Part shown: piece after piece, positions 51,856 through 62,520 of the stretch
Numbering within the stretch: the first letter of the stretch is position 1
How the letters are laid out: each line of letters begins with the position of its first letter
From: Pseudomonadales bacterium
GTDB taxonomy: Bacteria > Pseudomonadota > Gammaproteobacteria > Pseudomonadales > IMCC2047
Reading direction: 5' to 3'
Length of the DNA: 64,000 nt
Assembly: GCA_036960805.1 (NCBI GenBank)
Contig: JBALXL010000001.1
Span: forward strand, 129,028-193,027
Position numbers and translations under genes: made by a program
The notes under the pieces: generated by a model
Databases searched by the model: none
What the model saw: only the letters and a program-made list of their open reading frames with translations
Told to the model about the DNA's origin: nothing

Positions 51856-52848
51856 ATGTTGCCCATATCGCTGCCACGTCAATCGTTAGGTTTTTTCCCA
51901 ACTCCACTAATTGAATTGCCTCGCCTCAGCAAAGCATTGGGTGGGCCGCTGATATTGATGAAGCGGGATGACCTGACTGGTTTGGCCTTGGGTGGCAACA
52001 AGACCCGTAAATTGGAATTCATTCTCGGTGAAGCACTGGCGCAGGGCGCTGACTGCATCATTACCGCGGGGGCGGAACAATCCAATCACTGTCGCCAAAC
52101 GGCTGCTGCTGCTGCGCAGTTGGGACTGGAATGTCATCTTGTACTGGGCGGGGAAGCCCCTGCCGAAGCGCAAGGCAACTTGTTGCTGAATGAATTGCTG
52201 GGAGCACATATTCATTGGGCGGGTGAGCATCGCAAAGGCGAAGATATTCCTGAACTGGCCGCTCAGCTCAAAGCGGCCGGTAAAAAGCCTTTTCTGGTGC
52301 CCTACGGTGGCTCTAACGAACTTGGTGCAGCAGCTTTTGTTGAGGCGCTGTGCGAGTTGAAACAGCAGCTTGATGCGCTAAAGAAATCGCTCGGGCATAT
52401 CGTCTTTGCTTCCAGTTCGGGTGGTACACATGCTGGCCTGATGGTAGCGAAAAAACTGCTCGACTGGGATGTTGAATTAATAGGTATCAAAATTGATAAG
52501 CAAGAGCTTGAGGGGCAAGGCTTCGAGCAAATGGTTTTAGAACTGGCACGTTCAACTGCAACATTGCTAGGAGTTGATGCTGAATTTAGTTTGAGCGATG
52601 TACAGCTTAATGCAGATTATCTGGGTGGGGGTTACGGTGTGGTCGGTGAGGCTGAACGTAAAGCCATTCGCTTGACTGCGCAGCAGGAGGGCATATTACT
52701 TGATCCGGTTTATACCGGGAGGGCGATGGCTGGGCTGATGGGTATGATTCGCAAGGGTCAGATTGGTGTGGATAAATCAGTATTGTTTTGGCACACAGGA
52801 GGGGCACCGGCGTTGTTTGCTTATGGTGCGGGTATTATTAACAATTGA
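51856..52848 (+). CDS. dcyD: D-cysteine desulfhydrase family PLP enzyme
   Basis: KRDDLTG..GGNKTRKLEF, QSNH, SGGTHAGL, LDPVYTG, HTGG. Confidence 0.88.
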   Translation: MLPISLPRQSLGFFPTPLIELPRLSKALGGPLILMKRDDLTGLALGGNKTRKLEFILGEALAQGADCIITAGAEQSNHCRQTAAAAAQLGLECHLVLGGEAPAEAQGNLLLNELLGAHIHWAGEHRKGEDIPELAAQLKAAGKKPFLVPYGGSNELGAAAFVEALCELKQQLDALKKSLGHIVFASSSGGTHAGLMVAKKLLDWDVELIGIKIDKQELEGQGFEQMVLELARSTATLLGVDAEFSLSDVQLNADYLGGGYGVVGEAERKAIRLTAQQEGILLDPVYTGRAMAGLMGMIRKGQIGVDKSVLFWHTGGAPALFAYGAGIINN

Positions 52849-53057
52849 TGGATGTATGCTTTTTTAGCTGTTCTTGAAAACAATTCAGGTGAGACGTAGG
52901 ATAATACAAAGGAAGTATTAATGAGCAGTGTGAGGCGGTGAAATGAAATGACTTTCCGACCTATTAAAATCACTGTGTATGACCATGAGCTGCACTAAGA
53001 GATTTTAGTTTGATTTGGAAAAGACAAATTCTGACATTTTGAAAATGGAGAAATGTT

Positions 53058-53585
53058 ATGGCTGAAAAAGGATCATTCTGGCTGTCTGTACCGGGAATTC
53101 TTACGGGAGTTGCGGCAATAATAACGGCAGTCGGCGGACTGCTAATTGCATTAGCTCAGCTTGGCTATATCGGCAAAAATGATGTTACTTCAAATCCGAC
53201 GCCACCAGCCATTGAAACAGTAGAAAGAACAAAAGCCTCATCCCAACAACAGCCACCTACTACTCCCGTTCTCCCTCCTGTTAGTCCAAATATTACGCTT
53301 TTTTCCGGTACCTATATTGGTACAAGCACCGAAGGCTACAATCAAACGGCTGTTCAACTTGTACTTAAGCGCCAGGATAGTGCTGTGACCGGGACATATG
53401 TTCAAGACGGTGTGTTGGGGGATATCTCCGGAACAGTGAGTGGTAATACCTTGAGCTATGAATGGAGGTCTGGGGAGTATTTTGGTCGAGGAGTTACGGT
53501 TGACCAGGGTGGCAGCATTCAGGGGACATGGGGCTATGGTTACTCTTATGATGACGGCGGCGTTACAATGGCTAAATTACAATAG
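53058..53585 (+). CDS. Hypothetical membrane-anchored protein (TM, Pro/Thr linker, Gly-rich beta domain)
   Basis: GGAG RBS; 175 aa; hydrophobic N-terminus, PTPP/PPTTPVLPP linker, repeated GTY/GTW. Confidence 0.7.
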   Translation: MAEKGSFWLSVPGILTGVAAIITAVGGLLIALAQLGYIGKNDVTSNPTPPAIETVERTKASSQQQPPTTPVLPPVSPNITLFSGTYIGTSTEGYNQTAVQLVLKRQDSAVTGTYVQDGVLGDISGTVSGNTLSYEWRSGEYFGRGVTVDQGGSIQGTWGYGYSYDDGGVTMAKLQ

Positions 53586-53822
53586 GATGTTAGGCTAATT
53601 AAGTTGTTGGGATTAAAAAAGCTATCAAAAAGCAATCTCTCTATTTTTAATCGCATTATCCTGTTTATTACAGGCTCATGCGATTAGCTGCATAAAAGTA
53701 CAAAATTGGAAGCCTTACCACCTATTTTGCAAGCTGTTCGAATGGTCGTACTAGTGGGTCTAATTAAAGAGTTCACACCTAATATTTTATAGCGTTGTCG
53801 GTTAGCAATAGCGGTAAAATGC

Positions 53823-54191
53823 ATGCCTCTCATATTGTTCTACTCTATGAGGGCGCCTATTAAAATGGACCTTCCAGTCATGATTATCGCAACAACTGCT
53901 TCACCTGAAACGCCTAATACAGAAGCAACCTGTGCAAACTGTAGGGCCTGCTGCTGTCGTTTAGAGGTCATGCTGATTACTGAAACCGGTGTACCTGAGC
54001 GTTTTATTGATATCGACAGGTGGGGTGGCAGTGTGATGGCGCGGCTTGAGGATGGCTGGTGTGCGGCATTGGATCGAGACACCATGATGTGTACGATTTA
54101 CGAGCTGCGGCCGTTGATTTGTCGTGAGTTTGAGGAAGGCGAATACGAGTGTATTGCTGAGCGCGAAGCTAATTTGCCAGTCATAAAGTAA
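53823..54191 (+). CDS. YkgJ-family Cys-cluster protein (CxxCxxCC)
   Basis: CANCRACCC, GWCAALD, CTIYELRPLICREF; true start probably 53865 or 53880. Confidence 0.88.
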   Translation: MPLILFYSMRAPIKMDLPVMIIATTASPETPNTEATCANCRACCCRLEVMLITETGVPERFIDIDRWGGSVMARLEDGWCAALDRDTMMCTIYELRPLICREFEEGEYECIAEREANLPVIK

Positions 54192-54308
54192 AAGGTTCTC
54201 ATTTTTTCGAGAGCTTTTCACGAGCCCGGATTTTGTTTTCTGGCACCAACAGTAGGTGCTTTAGGCAGCGCCGCCAGAAAGAAAAATAACCATTGTGTAA
54301 CGTTCTCT

Positions 54309-55076
54309 CTATTGCTCTGGTCGTGTAAACACCCACTCATTCGCCGACGATTGGCTGGCTTCAAACTGGTAGCCTGCGATATCAAAATCCTTTAATACTT
54401 CAGCATTATCAACCTGGTTGTCGATCATATAGCGCACCATCAAACCGCGCGCTTTTTTTGCATAGAAGCTGATAATTTTCTGTACGCCGTGTTTAGTATC
54501 CTTGAACACGGGGGTGATAATGCGGGCGTTGAGGTTTTTGGGCTGTACCGATTTAAAATATTCGTTGGACGCTAAATTAATTAGGACGTCGTTTTGATCC
54601 AGCTCAGCGTTTAATGAGTCAGTGATTTTATCACCCCAGAATTGATACAAATTATTGCCGCGGGTGTTGCTGAGTTTGGTGCCCATTTCGAGGCGATAAG
54701 GTTGAATAAGGTCCAGTGGCTTTACGATGCCATAAAGGCCCGACAAAATACGTAAATGCTGCTGGGCATAGTTATCCTGCTCCGGTGTCAGAGTTTCGGC
54801 ATCAAGCCCAGTGTATACGTCACCTTTAAAGGCTAGCAGGGCCTGCTTGGCGTTATCTGGCGTAAAAGGCAGTGACCATATTTCGTAGCGGGTACTGTTG
54901 AGTACAGAGAGCTTGTCGCTGATCTTCATCAATTTGGCGATATCAGCTGGAGCCAGTTCACGCATGCGTTCAACCAATGTTTGTGAATCGTCCAGAAATC
55001 TCGGCATGCTGCTGACAGTGGTTCGGGCCGGTGTTTCAAAGTCGAGGGTTTTGGCGGGTGAAATGACTACGAGCAT
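54309..55076 (-). CDS. yaaA: Peroxide stress protein YaaA
   Basis: [39 protein letters not shown]. Confidence 0.96.
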   Translation of the reverse strand: MLVVISPAKTLDFETPARTTVSSMPRFLDDSQTLVERMRELAPADIAKLMKISDKLSVLNSTRYEIWSLPFTPDNAKQALLAFKGDVYTGLDAETLTPEQDNYAQQHLRILSGLYGIVKPLDLIQPYRLEMGTKLSNTRGNNLYQFWGDKITDSLNAELDQNDVLINLASNEYFKSVQPKNLNARIITPVFKDTKHGVQKIISFYAKKARGLMVRYMIDNQVDNAEVLKDFDIAGYQFEASQSSANEWVFTRPEQ

Positions 55077-55279
55077 GATGATTCCAGTGACGATTTGGTT
55101 TGAGACGGATATTCTAGCGTAAAAGTAATGCTAATTCTGTCATCTGGACTGGAAGAAGAGATCTTGATTTACAGTTAAAAGATCCCCCACGCAAGATGAA
55201 TTGTGATGCAGTCACAAGAGAATGTGCCCTGGGGCACGGGTTCGAGATGACATATCCATTTTTTTGCGGGTTTAATTAA

Positions 55280-55600
55280 ATGTATCAAATCGTTATTTAT
55301 ATTCCTGAGTCACATGTTGAGCCGGTAAAAGAGGCTTTATTCAAAGCAGGTGCTGGCAAGATTGGTGATTATGACAGCTGTGCTTGGCAAACCTTGGGAC
55401 AGGGGCAGTTTCGTCCGTTAGAGGGTAGTACGCCTTATATCGGTCAAATCGGAGATGTGGAACAAGTGGCTGAGTATAGGGTGGAACTGGTGTGTGAGAA
55501 GGCCGCTCTTAAAGCGGCAGTTGCGGCGATGATTACGGCTCACCCCTATGAGGAGCCGGCATATTCAGTGTGGGCGTTGTTTGATGTTGAAGAATTATGA
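55280..55600 (+). CDS. YqfO/NIF3-like PII-fold small protein
   Basis: AGAGKIGDYDSC, GQFRP, HPYEEPAY. Confidence 0.88.
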   Translation: MYQIVIYIPESHVEPVKEALFKAGAGKIGDYDSCAWQTLGQGQFRPLEGSTPYIGQIGDVEQVAEYRVELVCEKAALKAAVAAMITAHPYEEPAYSVWALFDVEEL

Positions 55601-55613
55601 GTGCCGAAGAAGC

Positions 55614-56171
55614 TTAATTCCCAGACTTTGGGAAGCGTTTATGCTGGGTGATATCGAGCATACGAACGGGGAAGTCGCCTTTTTTGACATCATGGTAATA
55701 GAGCTCCAAAGTTTTTCGCATCACTTCAAAGGCTAAGTCATCCCAGGGGATTTCATGCTCTTCAAACAGGGCGGTTTCGAGTGATTCTTCGCCGGGACCG
55801 AAGTTAGTGTTTTTTAATTCGCCGCGAAATATCATGTAGACTTGGTTGATTTTTGGCAGGTTAAATACGGCGTAGAGACCTTCCGATTCAACCTCTGCCA
55901 GTGCTTCTTCCCAGGTTTCTCGCAACGCGCCTTGCAGCGTTGTTTCACCATTTTCCATAAAGCCAGCGGGTAATGTCCATAATCCGTAACGGGGTTCGAT
56001 AGCGCGTTTACACAGCAATACTTTACCTTCATAGGTGGGTAGAAAGCCTGCTATGATGCGCGGATTCTGGTAGTGAATGACATCGCAACTATCGCAGACA
56101 AAACGGGGGCGGTTGTCACCTTCCGGGATGCGCTGGGTTACGGTTTGTCCACAGTCACTACAGTAATTCAT
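55614..56171 (-). CDS. Nudix hydrolase with N-terminal zinc ribbon
   Basis: CSDCG...CDSC..IHYQNP; Nudix box GFMENGET...ALRETWEE. Confidence 0.92.
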   Translation of the reverse strand: MNYCSDCGQTVTQRIPEGDNRPRFVCDSCDVIHYQNPRIIAGFLPTYEGKVLLCKRAIEPRYGLWTLPAGFMENGETTLQGALRETWEEALAEVESEGLYAVFNLPKINQVYMIFRGELKNTNFGPGEESLETALFEEHEIPWDDLAFEVMRKTLELYYHDVKKGDFPVRMLDITQHKRFPKSGN

Positions 56172-56283
56172 GTTGCTAAACCCTGATTATTTGATGATTG
56201 TTTTAGATCAATTCTAATTTGCAATTAAAGCATAAACTTCGAGCCTTAATAATAGATTTGCTTTTTATTGTTTGGAGTTCGAT

Positions 56284-56487
56284 GTGGCTAGCAAGAATTC
56301 GAGGGTGGCTTCACCCTGTGTGGGGATGTGTGATTTATTCCAAGGTGTCTGTACGAGCTGTTTTCGTGATAGCCATGAAATCACTGAATGGCATGATATG
56401 AGTGATGAGCAAAAGCTTAAATTGCGAGCTGTTCTTGAGCTGCGGCGCAAAGAGGCTGACGCGCTTGAGCTCAAGTCGCGAAAGTAA
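56284..56487 (+). CDS. DUF1289 small Cys-rich protein, copy 1
   Basis: SPCVGMC...VCTSCFR...EITEW; GGAG RBS plus GTG at 56284. Confidence 0.8.
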   Translation: MASKNSRVASPCVGMCDLFQGVCTSCFRDSHEITEWHDMSDEQKLKLRAVLELRRKEADALELKSRK

Positions 56488-56540
56488 TCGGGCTATAATG
56501 GCCTGTGCTCGTTTTATGAGTTATTTTCTGGGAGTTTTCT

Positions 56541-56765
56541 GTGACTGAAACAGCTTCAAAAATTGAATCACCATGTGTTAGTCAGTGTTGTCTGGATGAG
56601 GATGATGTGTGCATGGGGTGCTTTCGGCACATTGATGAGATTACCGGTTGGCACAGTATGAACGATGCAAAGAGGCTCGAATTGCTGACACTGTTAACGG
56701 GGCGACGCAAAAAGTCTGACGATTTTAGACGTTCTCGTTGGCAGGATAGCAACGAAGAACAATAA
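56541..56765 (+). CDS. DUF1289 small Cys-rich protein, copy 2
   Basis: SPCVSQCCLD..DVCMGCFR..DEITGW; GGAG RBS. Confidence 0.88.
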   Translation: MTETASKIESPCVSQCCLDEDDVCMGCFRHIDEITGWHSMNDAKRLELLTLLTGRRKKSDDFRRSRWQDSNEEQ

Positions 56766-56798
56766 AAAAGGGCGCTTAAAGCGCCCTTTTTTATTGTT
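56758..56798. terminator. Bidirectional terminator
   Basis: Perfect inverted repeat AACAATAAAAAAGGGCGCT-TAA-AGCGCCCTTTTTTATTGTT between convergent genes. Confidence 0.9.
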
Positions 56799-56821
56799 GC
56801 AATGATGTTCCAAAGTAGCGT

Positions 56822-57427
56822 TTAGTTGGTGAATTCGGGGCTGAAACCCATCACCCAAACAATCACCAGAGTAATCATCAGTACTACTGCTAGAACCAGG
56901 GCAATCGTTAAAATTGCGCTGGAGAACATCATGCCGCGTTCCTTGGAGATATTAAACACGATTGGTACGCCGGCATAGAGCAGGTAAGCCGAATAGCTGC
57001 TGGCGACGATTAAGGTTAACAAAATCATCCAGATAGTCGGATAGACGGCAAATACGCTGAGTACCAACAACGGCATAACAATGTAGGTGGCTAACGCGAG
57101 GCCGCTTAATTGGCATTTTGTCAGATCGGTGTAACTTTCGCGCATCCAGTCAATAGCGCGGCCTAATACATAAATTTCGGCGACAATGGCAAGGTAAATC
57201 AGTACGCATAACGAGAGGGTGCTGTTGGCCGTCATTCGGGTAATGTCGCCTTCACCAATTCGCCAGCCAGTAACGGTTGAGCCTATGTACACAGCGATAG
57301 GTGGAATGGCAGTGAGAATTAAAATATAGAGAATGTAGAGCTTCGGTTTCACTGCCTGCTCTTTTTGAATGACTAGAAATTCTTCGCGAGGGTGGGCGAA
57401 TAGCCCCCAAACATGGCTCAATAACAC
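56822..57427 (-). CDS. Yip1/YohC (DUF1282) membrane protein
   Basis: HVWGLFAHPREE, GWRIG, YLLYAGVP..F.I..ERG. Confidence 0.85.
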   Translation of the reverse strand: MLLSHVWGLFAHPREEFLVIQKEQAVKPKLYILYILILTAIPPIAVYIGSTVTGWRIGEGDITRMTANSTLSLCVLIYLAIVAEIYVLGRAIDWMRESYTDLTKCQLSGLALATYIVMPLLVLSVFAVYPTIWMILLTLIVASSYSAYLLYAGVPIVFNISKERGMMFSSAILTIALVLAVVLMITLVIVWVMGFSPEFTN

Positions 57428-57600
57428 GGCATTACTCCTAGGTCTTGTTCAGGCTCAGCAGGGCTGAACCAGGATTTTTTACAAGCTGTAAAGCGTTAGA
57501 GACAAGGCCGCAAACTCGTTGGCCATGTCTTATATATGCCGTAATGAAGCGGGTCTGTCAACAGGCAGTTGACGTTGGTGATGACAAAAGCTGATACGGT

Positions 57601-58893
57601 TCAATTATTCGAATCAAGTGAGGATGATTTCTCTTTGCCACCGATTTCTGTGATGCGGGCGGTTTTGACAATATTGCCTTTGGTTTGCAGTGTTTCGATA
57701 TAAAAATCACCGACTTTGAAGCTCACGCTGGCATCAGGTATGGACTCCAGCGATTCCATGATAAGTCCGTTGAGGGTCTTGGGGCCTGCGGTGGGCAGTT
57801 CCCAGTCCATAATTTTGTTCAGGTCGCGTATGTTGGCGCTGCCGTCAATAATAAAAGAGCCGTCGTTCTGAGGGTGGATATCCTTGCTGCTGGCGGCTGC
57901 ATCGGTGGTGAATTCACCAACGATCTCCTCAAGAATATCCTCCAGAGTGGCTATGCCTTGTATGTCGCCGTATTCATTGACGACCAATCCAATGCGACGT
58001 TTTTCACGCTGGAAGTTCAGTAGCTGGGTGTTGAGAGGTGTACTTTCTGGAATAAAGTAAGGTTCTCGTGTGGTTTGTACCAGCGAGGCTTTGCTGAGCT
58101 CGTCTTCGGTTAGGAATCGTGCGGCATTACGCAGATGCAGAATGCCGCAGATATTGTTGATATCGCTAGTATAAACCGGCAGGCGAGTATGCTGGCTGGT
58201 ACGAATTTGTTCGATGATTTCATCCATGTCATCGTCAAGATCAATACCCGTGACTTCATTGCGCGGGATCATGATGTCTTCAACGGTGACTTTTTCCAGA
58301 TCCAAAATGCTCAATAGCATGCTTTGGTGGCGATCAGGAATCAATGCGCCCGCTTCATGTACGATGGTACGCAGTTCATCCTGTGTCAGGTTGTCGGCTT
58401 TGTGGTCACTGATATGCACGCCAAGCAGGCGTAATAACCAGTTGGCAATGTGATTAACGAGCCATACTAGCGGATAGAAAATAAACAGTAGTGGCCGCAA
58501 AATATAGGCCGCAGGAAAGGCGATGCGTTCCGGGTGCAGCGCGGCCAGTGTTTTTGGTGTGACCTCTGAGAAAATCAGAATAACTAGCGTCAGTGAGCCG
58601 GTTGCAATGGCTACACCGGCGTCGCCCCATAGACGGATAGCGATAACTGTCGCTAATGCCGAGGCGGCAATATTGACAAAGTTATTACCGATCAGAATCA
58701 GGCCAATTAAGCGATCCGGGCGTTTAAGCAGGTTGTTGGCAAGTATGGCTCCGCGATGTTTATGCTTAACAAGGTGCTTCAGCCGATAACGGTTAAGCGC
58801 CATCATGCTGGTCTCGGAACTAGAGAAAAAGCCGGAAAGTAAAATAAGTAGCAGCAATACCGAGAACAGTACGCTAAGTGATATGTCGTCCAA
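57601..58893 (-). CDS. yfjD: HlyC/CorC-family CNNM-CBS transporter
   Basis: FFSSSETSMM, ILIGNNFVN, EVTPK, MIPR, EDILEEIVGE; next to ypjD and ffh. Confidence 0.93.
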   Translation of the reverse strand: MDDISLSVLFSVLLLLILLSGFFSSSETSMMALNRYRLKHLVKHKHRGAILANNLLKRPDRLIGLILIGNNFVNIAASALATVIAIRLWGDAGVAIATGSLTLVILIFSEVTPKTLAALHPERIAFPAAYILRPLLFIFYPLVWLVNHIANWLLRLLGVHISDHKADNLTQDELRTIVHEAGALIPDRHQSMLLSILDLEKVTVEDIMIPRNEVTGIDLDDDMDEIIEQIRTSQHTRLPVYTSDINNICGILHLRNAARFLTEDELSKASLVQTTREPYFIPESTPLNTQLLNFQREKRRIGLVVNEYGDIQGIATLEDILEEIVGEFTTDAAASSKDIHPQNDGSFIIDGSANIRDLNKIMDWELPTAGPKTLNGLIMESLESIPDASVSFKVGDFYIETLQTKGNIVKTARITEIGGKEKSSSLDSNN

Positions 58894-58994
58894 GAAGAGG
58901 GTGACCGATATTTATTAGGGACGGTAGTTTTATGCTGGAGGCCAACAATGTCAAGCCGAGCCAGGCACAGAAGTCTTACTTTGTGGTGGTTTAT

Positions 58995-59801
58995 TTAGGT
59001 CAGAATAATTTCCAGCACTAGTTTGGAACCAAAATAAGCCAGCATTAATAGTATATAACCACCGCCCGTCCAACGTATGGCAATGGTGCCGCGCCAGCCT
59101 AATACATGGCGACCTAGTAATAGAGCAGAGAAAAATATCCAAGCAACAATGGATAAAATTGTTTTGTGAGCGAGATGTTGGGCGAAGATATCTTCAATAA
59201 AAAAGACACCAGTGAGGATTGAAGCGGCCAGCAAAATAACGCCGATCCAAACGAGTTCGAACAATAGCTGCTCCATAATTTGCAATGGAGGTAGGCGCAT
59301 GATCAAACCGTTGGTCTGGTGGTTGCGCAGGTGGTGATCCTGTAATGCCAGTAGGGCGGCTTGCAGGGCGGCAATAGTTAGCACGCTATAGGCGAAAATG
59401 GAGAGTAATATATGGCTGGTCAGTTGTGGCGACCACTGCATGATAGATTTGCCGGCTTCATCGGCAGAAAACATCAGTAATGTCACGGCCAATGCGATGG
59501 CGGCAATCGGGTAAACAACCACAAATAAATTCTGCAGAGGTTTGCGAATACCGCTTAGCGTAACCAGCATGGCCATGATCCAGCCAATGAGCGAAGCGAT
59601 ACTATAAAAGCCTAAATCAAGCCCTGTTGATGTATAAAGTGTGCCGTTGAAGCTGATGGTGTGGCAGACAAGCGCGGAGGCTCCGGCGAGTAGTACTCGG
59701 TTAGGCTTTGATTTGTGGCGACCTTTGAGTAAAAAGTATTGTAGAATTGCGCCGCCGAGATAAAAGGCAATGGCGAGTATGCCAGTAATAATTGCGGTCA
59801 T
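58995..59801 (-). CDS. ypjD: CcsA-like cytochrome c assembly family inner membrane protein
   Basis: LPPL..ME.LLF, HKTILS, GWRG, LAYFGSK; divergent from ffh. Confidence 0.92.
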   Translation of the reverse strand: MTAIITGILAIAFYLGGAILQYFLLKGRHKSKPNRVLLAGASALVCHTISFNGTLYTSTGLDLGFYSIASLIGWIMAMLVTLSGIRKPLQNLFVVVYPIAAIALAVTLLMFSADEAGKSIMQWSPQLTSHILLSIFAYSVLTIAALQAALLALQDHHLRNHQTNGLIMRLPPLQIMEQLLFELVWIGVILLAASILTGVFFIEDIFAQHLAHKTILSIVAWIFFSALLLGRHVLGWRGTIAIRWTGGGYILLMLAYFGSKLVLEIILT

Positions 59802-60098
59802 TAGGGGTGTGGACTTCCAACTCCGATCTGGCGGCAGGTTGCCGGCGCATTTAAAGTAACGAATCTATGGCATTTCCTGATAAAATTCCACATTCGTTCG
59901 CGATAATTAATGCAGAAATAACACAATGCCGCATTTATTATAAGATGAGGGGTTATTCTCATGGGCCAAATGCCCATGCACGAGCAGTAAAATCAAAATA
60001 TTCCGCATGACGGTTGAGATTTTATTGGTCGACGCAACTATAGTTCCGAATTGATTACTTTGGTTCCAGCTTAACAAGTTTACAGATGGTGATATGAC

Positions 60099-61463
60099 AT
60101 GTTTGATAATTTGACCAATCGCCTTACCGGTGCAATGCGCAAGGTAAGTGGCAAGGCGAAACTTAGCGATGACAATATTAAAGATACTCTGCGCGAAGTG
60201 CGTAAGGCGTTATTGGAGGCAGATGTTGCGCTTTCTGTTGTCAAAGCGTTTATTGAGCAAGTCAGAAAACGCGCGGTTGGGCAGGAAGTTAAACGTAGTC
60301 TGTCGCCCGGTCAGGAACTGATCAAGGTTGTTCAGAGCGAGCTTGAAAAGGTGATGGGCGAATACAGTGCCGAGCTGGATTTAGCTTCACAGCCACCAGC
60401 CATCATTTTAGTGGCAGGTTTACAGGGCGCGGGTAAAACGACCTCTGTAGGTAAGCTGGCGCGATTGTTAAAAGAACGTCACGGTAAAAAAGTAACGGTA
60501 GCCAGTGCTGATGTGTATCGTCCTGCGGCGATCAAACAGTTGGAAATGCTGGCGGCTGAAGTCGAGGCAGATTTTTTCCCGAGTAGCGCAGATCAAAAGC
60601 CGATTGATATTGCTAATGCCGCGGTTGCTCATGCCAGACTGAATTATTCCGATGTATTGATTCTTGATACCGCCGGCCGTTTACATGTCGATGAAGACAT
60701 GATGCATGAAATTAAAGACCTGCACGCCGCTATTGAGCCCATTGAAACGTTGTTTGTTGTTGATGCAATGACTGGTCAGGATGCTGCGAATACAGCTAAG
60801 GCCTTCAACGATGCCTTGCCTTTAACCGGTGTGATCCTGACTAAAGCTGACGGTGATTCACGTGGTGGTGCTGCGCTGTCGGTGCGACACATTACCGGCA
60901 AGCCAATTAAATTTATGGGTATGGGTGAAAAGACCGATGCTCTGGAACCCTTCCACCCAGACCGTGTTGCGTCACGTATTCTGGATATGGGTGACGTGCT
61001 CAGCTTGATCGAAGAAGCTGAACGTAAGATCGATAAAGACAAAGCTGAAAAGTTTGCTGATAAGGTCAAAAAAGGTAAGAAATTTGATTTGGCCGATTTT
61101 CGTGATCAGCTCCAGCAAATGCAAAACATGGGCGGTTTGTCGGGTGTGATGAGCAAATTACCTGGCATGTCGCAAATGCAAAATGCCGCCGCTGAGCAAA
61201 TGGGTGATAAAACACTCAAGCAAATGGATGCCATGATCAGTTCCATGACGCCCAAAGAGCGCCGCAATCCTGATTCGATTGATAATTCACGTAAGCGTCG
61301 AATCACCATGGGTTCAGGTACTCAAATTCAAGATGTTAACCGTCTGCTGAAACAGCATAAGCAGATGCAGAAAATGATGAAGAAAATGACTAAAAAAGGC
61401 GGCATGGCTAACATGATGCGTGGCATGGGTAATATGATGCCACCAGGTGGTATGCCGCGTTAA
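60099..61463 (+). CDS. ffh: Signal recognition particle protein
   Basis: GLQGAGKTT, DTAGR, TKADGD.RGG, Met-rich C-terminus. Confidence 0.98.
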   Translation: MFDNLTNRLTGAMRKVSGKAKLSDDNIKDTLREVRKALLEADVALSVVKAFIEQVRKRAVGQEVKRSLSPGQELIKVVQSELEKVMGEYSAELDLASQPPAIILVAGLQGAGKTTSVGKLARLLKERHGKKVTVASADVYRPAAIKQLEMLAAEVEADFFPSSADQKPIDIANAAVAHARLNYSDVLILDTAGRLHVDEDMMHEIKDLHAAIEPIETLFVVDAMTGQDAANTAKAFNDALPLTGVILTKADGDSRGGAALSVRHITGKPIKFMGMGEKTDALEPFHPDRVASRILDMGDVLSLIEEAERKIDKDKAEKFADKVKKGKKFDLADFRDQLQQMQNMGGLSGVMSKLPGMSQMQNAAAEQMGDKTLKQMDAMISSMTPKERRNPDSIDNSRKRRITMGSGTQIQDVNRLLKQHKQMQKMMKKMTKKGGMANMMRGMGNMMPPGGMPR

Positions 61464-61574
61464 AGCTGGTCATTCTGGCGATTTTTGTTGCACCGGTGAG
61501 AGCTGGTGCAGAGCTCATCTGATTGTGATTTTCCTGAATGCTGTAGTAGTGTTCGGCATGATGACGTTTGGGTG

Positions 61575-61610
61575 TTCACATTGCATAAGATTTGGCGTAC
61601 AATTCGCGCC
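61575..61610 (+). promoter_or_regulatory. Sigma-70 promoter of rpsP operon with GC-rich discriminator
   Basis: TTCACA-N17-TACAAT followed by TCGCGCC. Confidence 0.7.
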
Positions 61611-61717
61611 TTTTTACCGTCGATAGGCTTAACGGCTCAATTGGCACACGAACGGAACCGCTTTTGGTTCCACAAACCGTGGGTAATATCAAAACCCACC
61701 TGGATTAAGGAAACGAT

Positions 61718-61963
61718 ATGGTAGTTATCAGATTGTCTCGCGGCGGCTCCAAGAAGCGCCCATTTTATCATTTGACTGTTGCAGATCAGCGTAATGCACG
61801 TGATGGCCGTTTTATTGAGCGTGTTGGATTCTTTAATCCAGTTGCTCGTGGTCAAGAAGAAAGCCTGCGTATCGATCAGGAACGTGTAGATTACTGGGTG
61901 AGCAAAGGCGCTCAACCTTCTGATCGTGTAGCTACTTTGTTAAAAGAGTCGGCTAAAGCCTGA
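61718..61963 (+). CDS. rpsP: 30S ribosomal protein S16
   Basis: [27 protein letters not shown]. Confidence 0.98.
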   Translation: MVVIRLSRGGSKKRPFYHLTVADQRNARDGRFIERVGFFNPVARGQEESLRIDQERVDYWVSKGAQPSDRVATLLKESAKA

Positions 61964-61972
61964 TATTAAATT

Positions 61973-62518
61973 ATGTCTCAATCATCAAAAGATGACTTGG
62001 TTGTACTCGGCCAAATCGGCGCAGCGTACGGCATTAAGGGTTGGGTGAAGATTAGCTCTCATACCGAACCTAAAGCAGGCATCTTTAATTATGGTGGTTG
62101 GTATATTAAGTCTGGACGTGATTGGAAGCCGATTAAAGTACTGGCCTCACGACAGCATGGTAAAGGACTGGTCGCGCAGCTCGAGGGTTGTGATGATCGT
62201 AATGCCGCAGAAGTATTAAGAAATGCGGACATTGCCGTAGAGTCCAGCCAGTTACCTGAACTTGATAGTGGTGAGTATTATTGGAGTCAGCTGGAAGGTC
62301 TCAGTGTGATAACCAGTGATGCTGCAGGCAACGACATCCTGCTGGGAAAGGTTGATCATTTAATGGCAACCGGTTCCAACGATGTACTTGTTGTTCGTGG
62401 CTGTGAAGGCAGTCTCGATAAACGTGAACGTTTGCTACCACTGGTGATGGAACAGGTGGTGACTCAGATTGACCTTGATGCAAAGCAGATGAAGGTTAAC
62501 TGGGATCCGGAGTTTTAA
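61973..62518 (+). CDS. rimM: Ribosome maturation factor
   Basis: [30 protein letters not shown]. Confidence 0.96.
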   Translation: MSQSSKDDLVVLGQIGAAYGIKGWVKISSHTEPKAGIFNYGGWYIKSGRDWKPIKVLASRQHGKGLVAQLEGCDDRNAAEVLRNADIAVESSQLPELDSGEYYWSQLEGLSVITSDAAGNDILLGKVDHLMATGSNDVLVVRGCEGSLDKRERLLPLVMEQVVTQIDLDAKQMKVNWDPEF

Positions 62519-62520
62519 GC

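Noticed and set aside
53589-53595. Integron core site GTTAGGC after the orphan gene
   Set aside because: No matching RYYYAAC or attC palindrome before it, no integrase, no array
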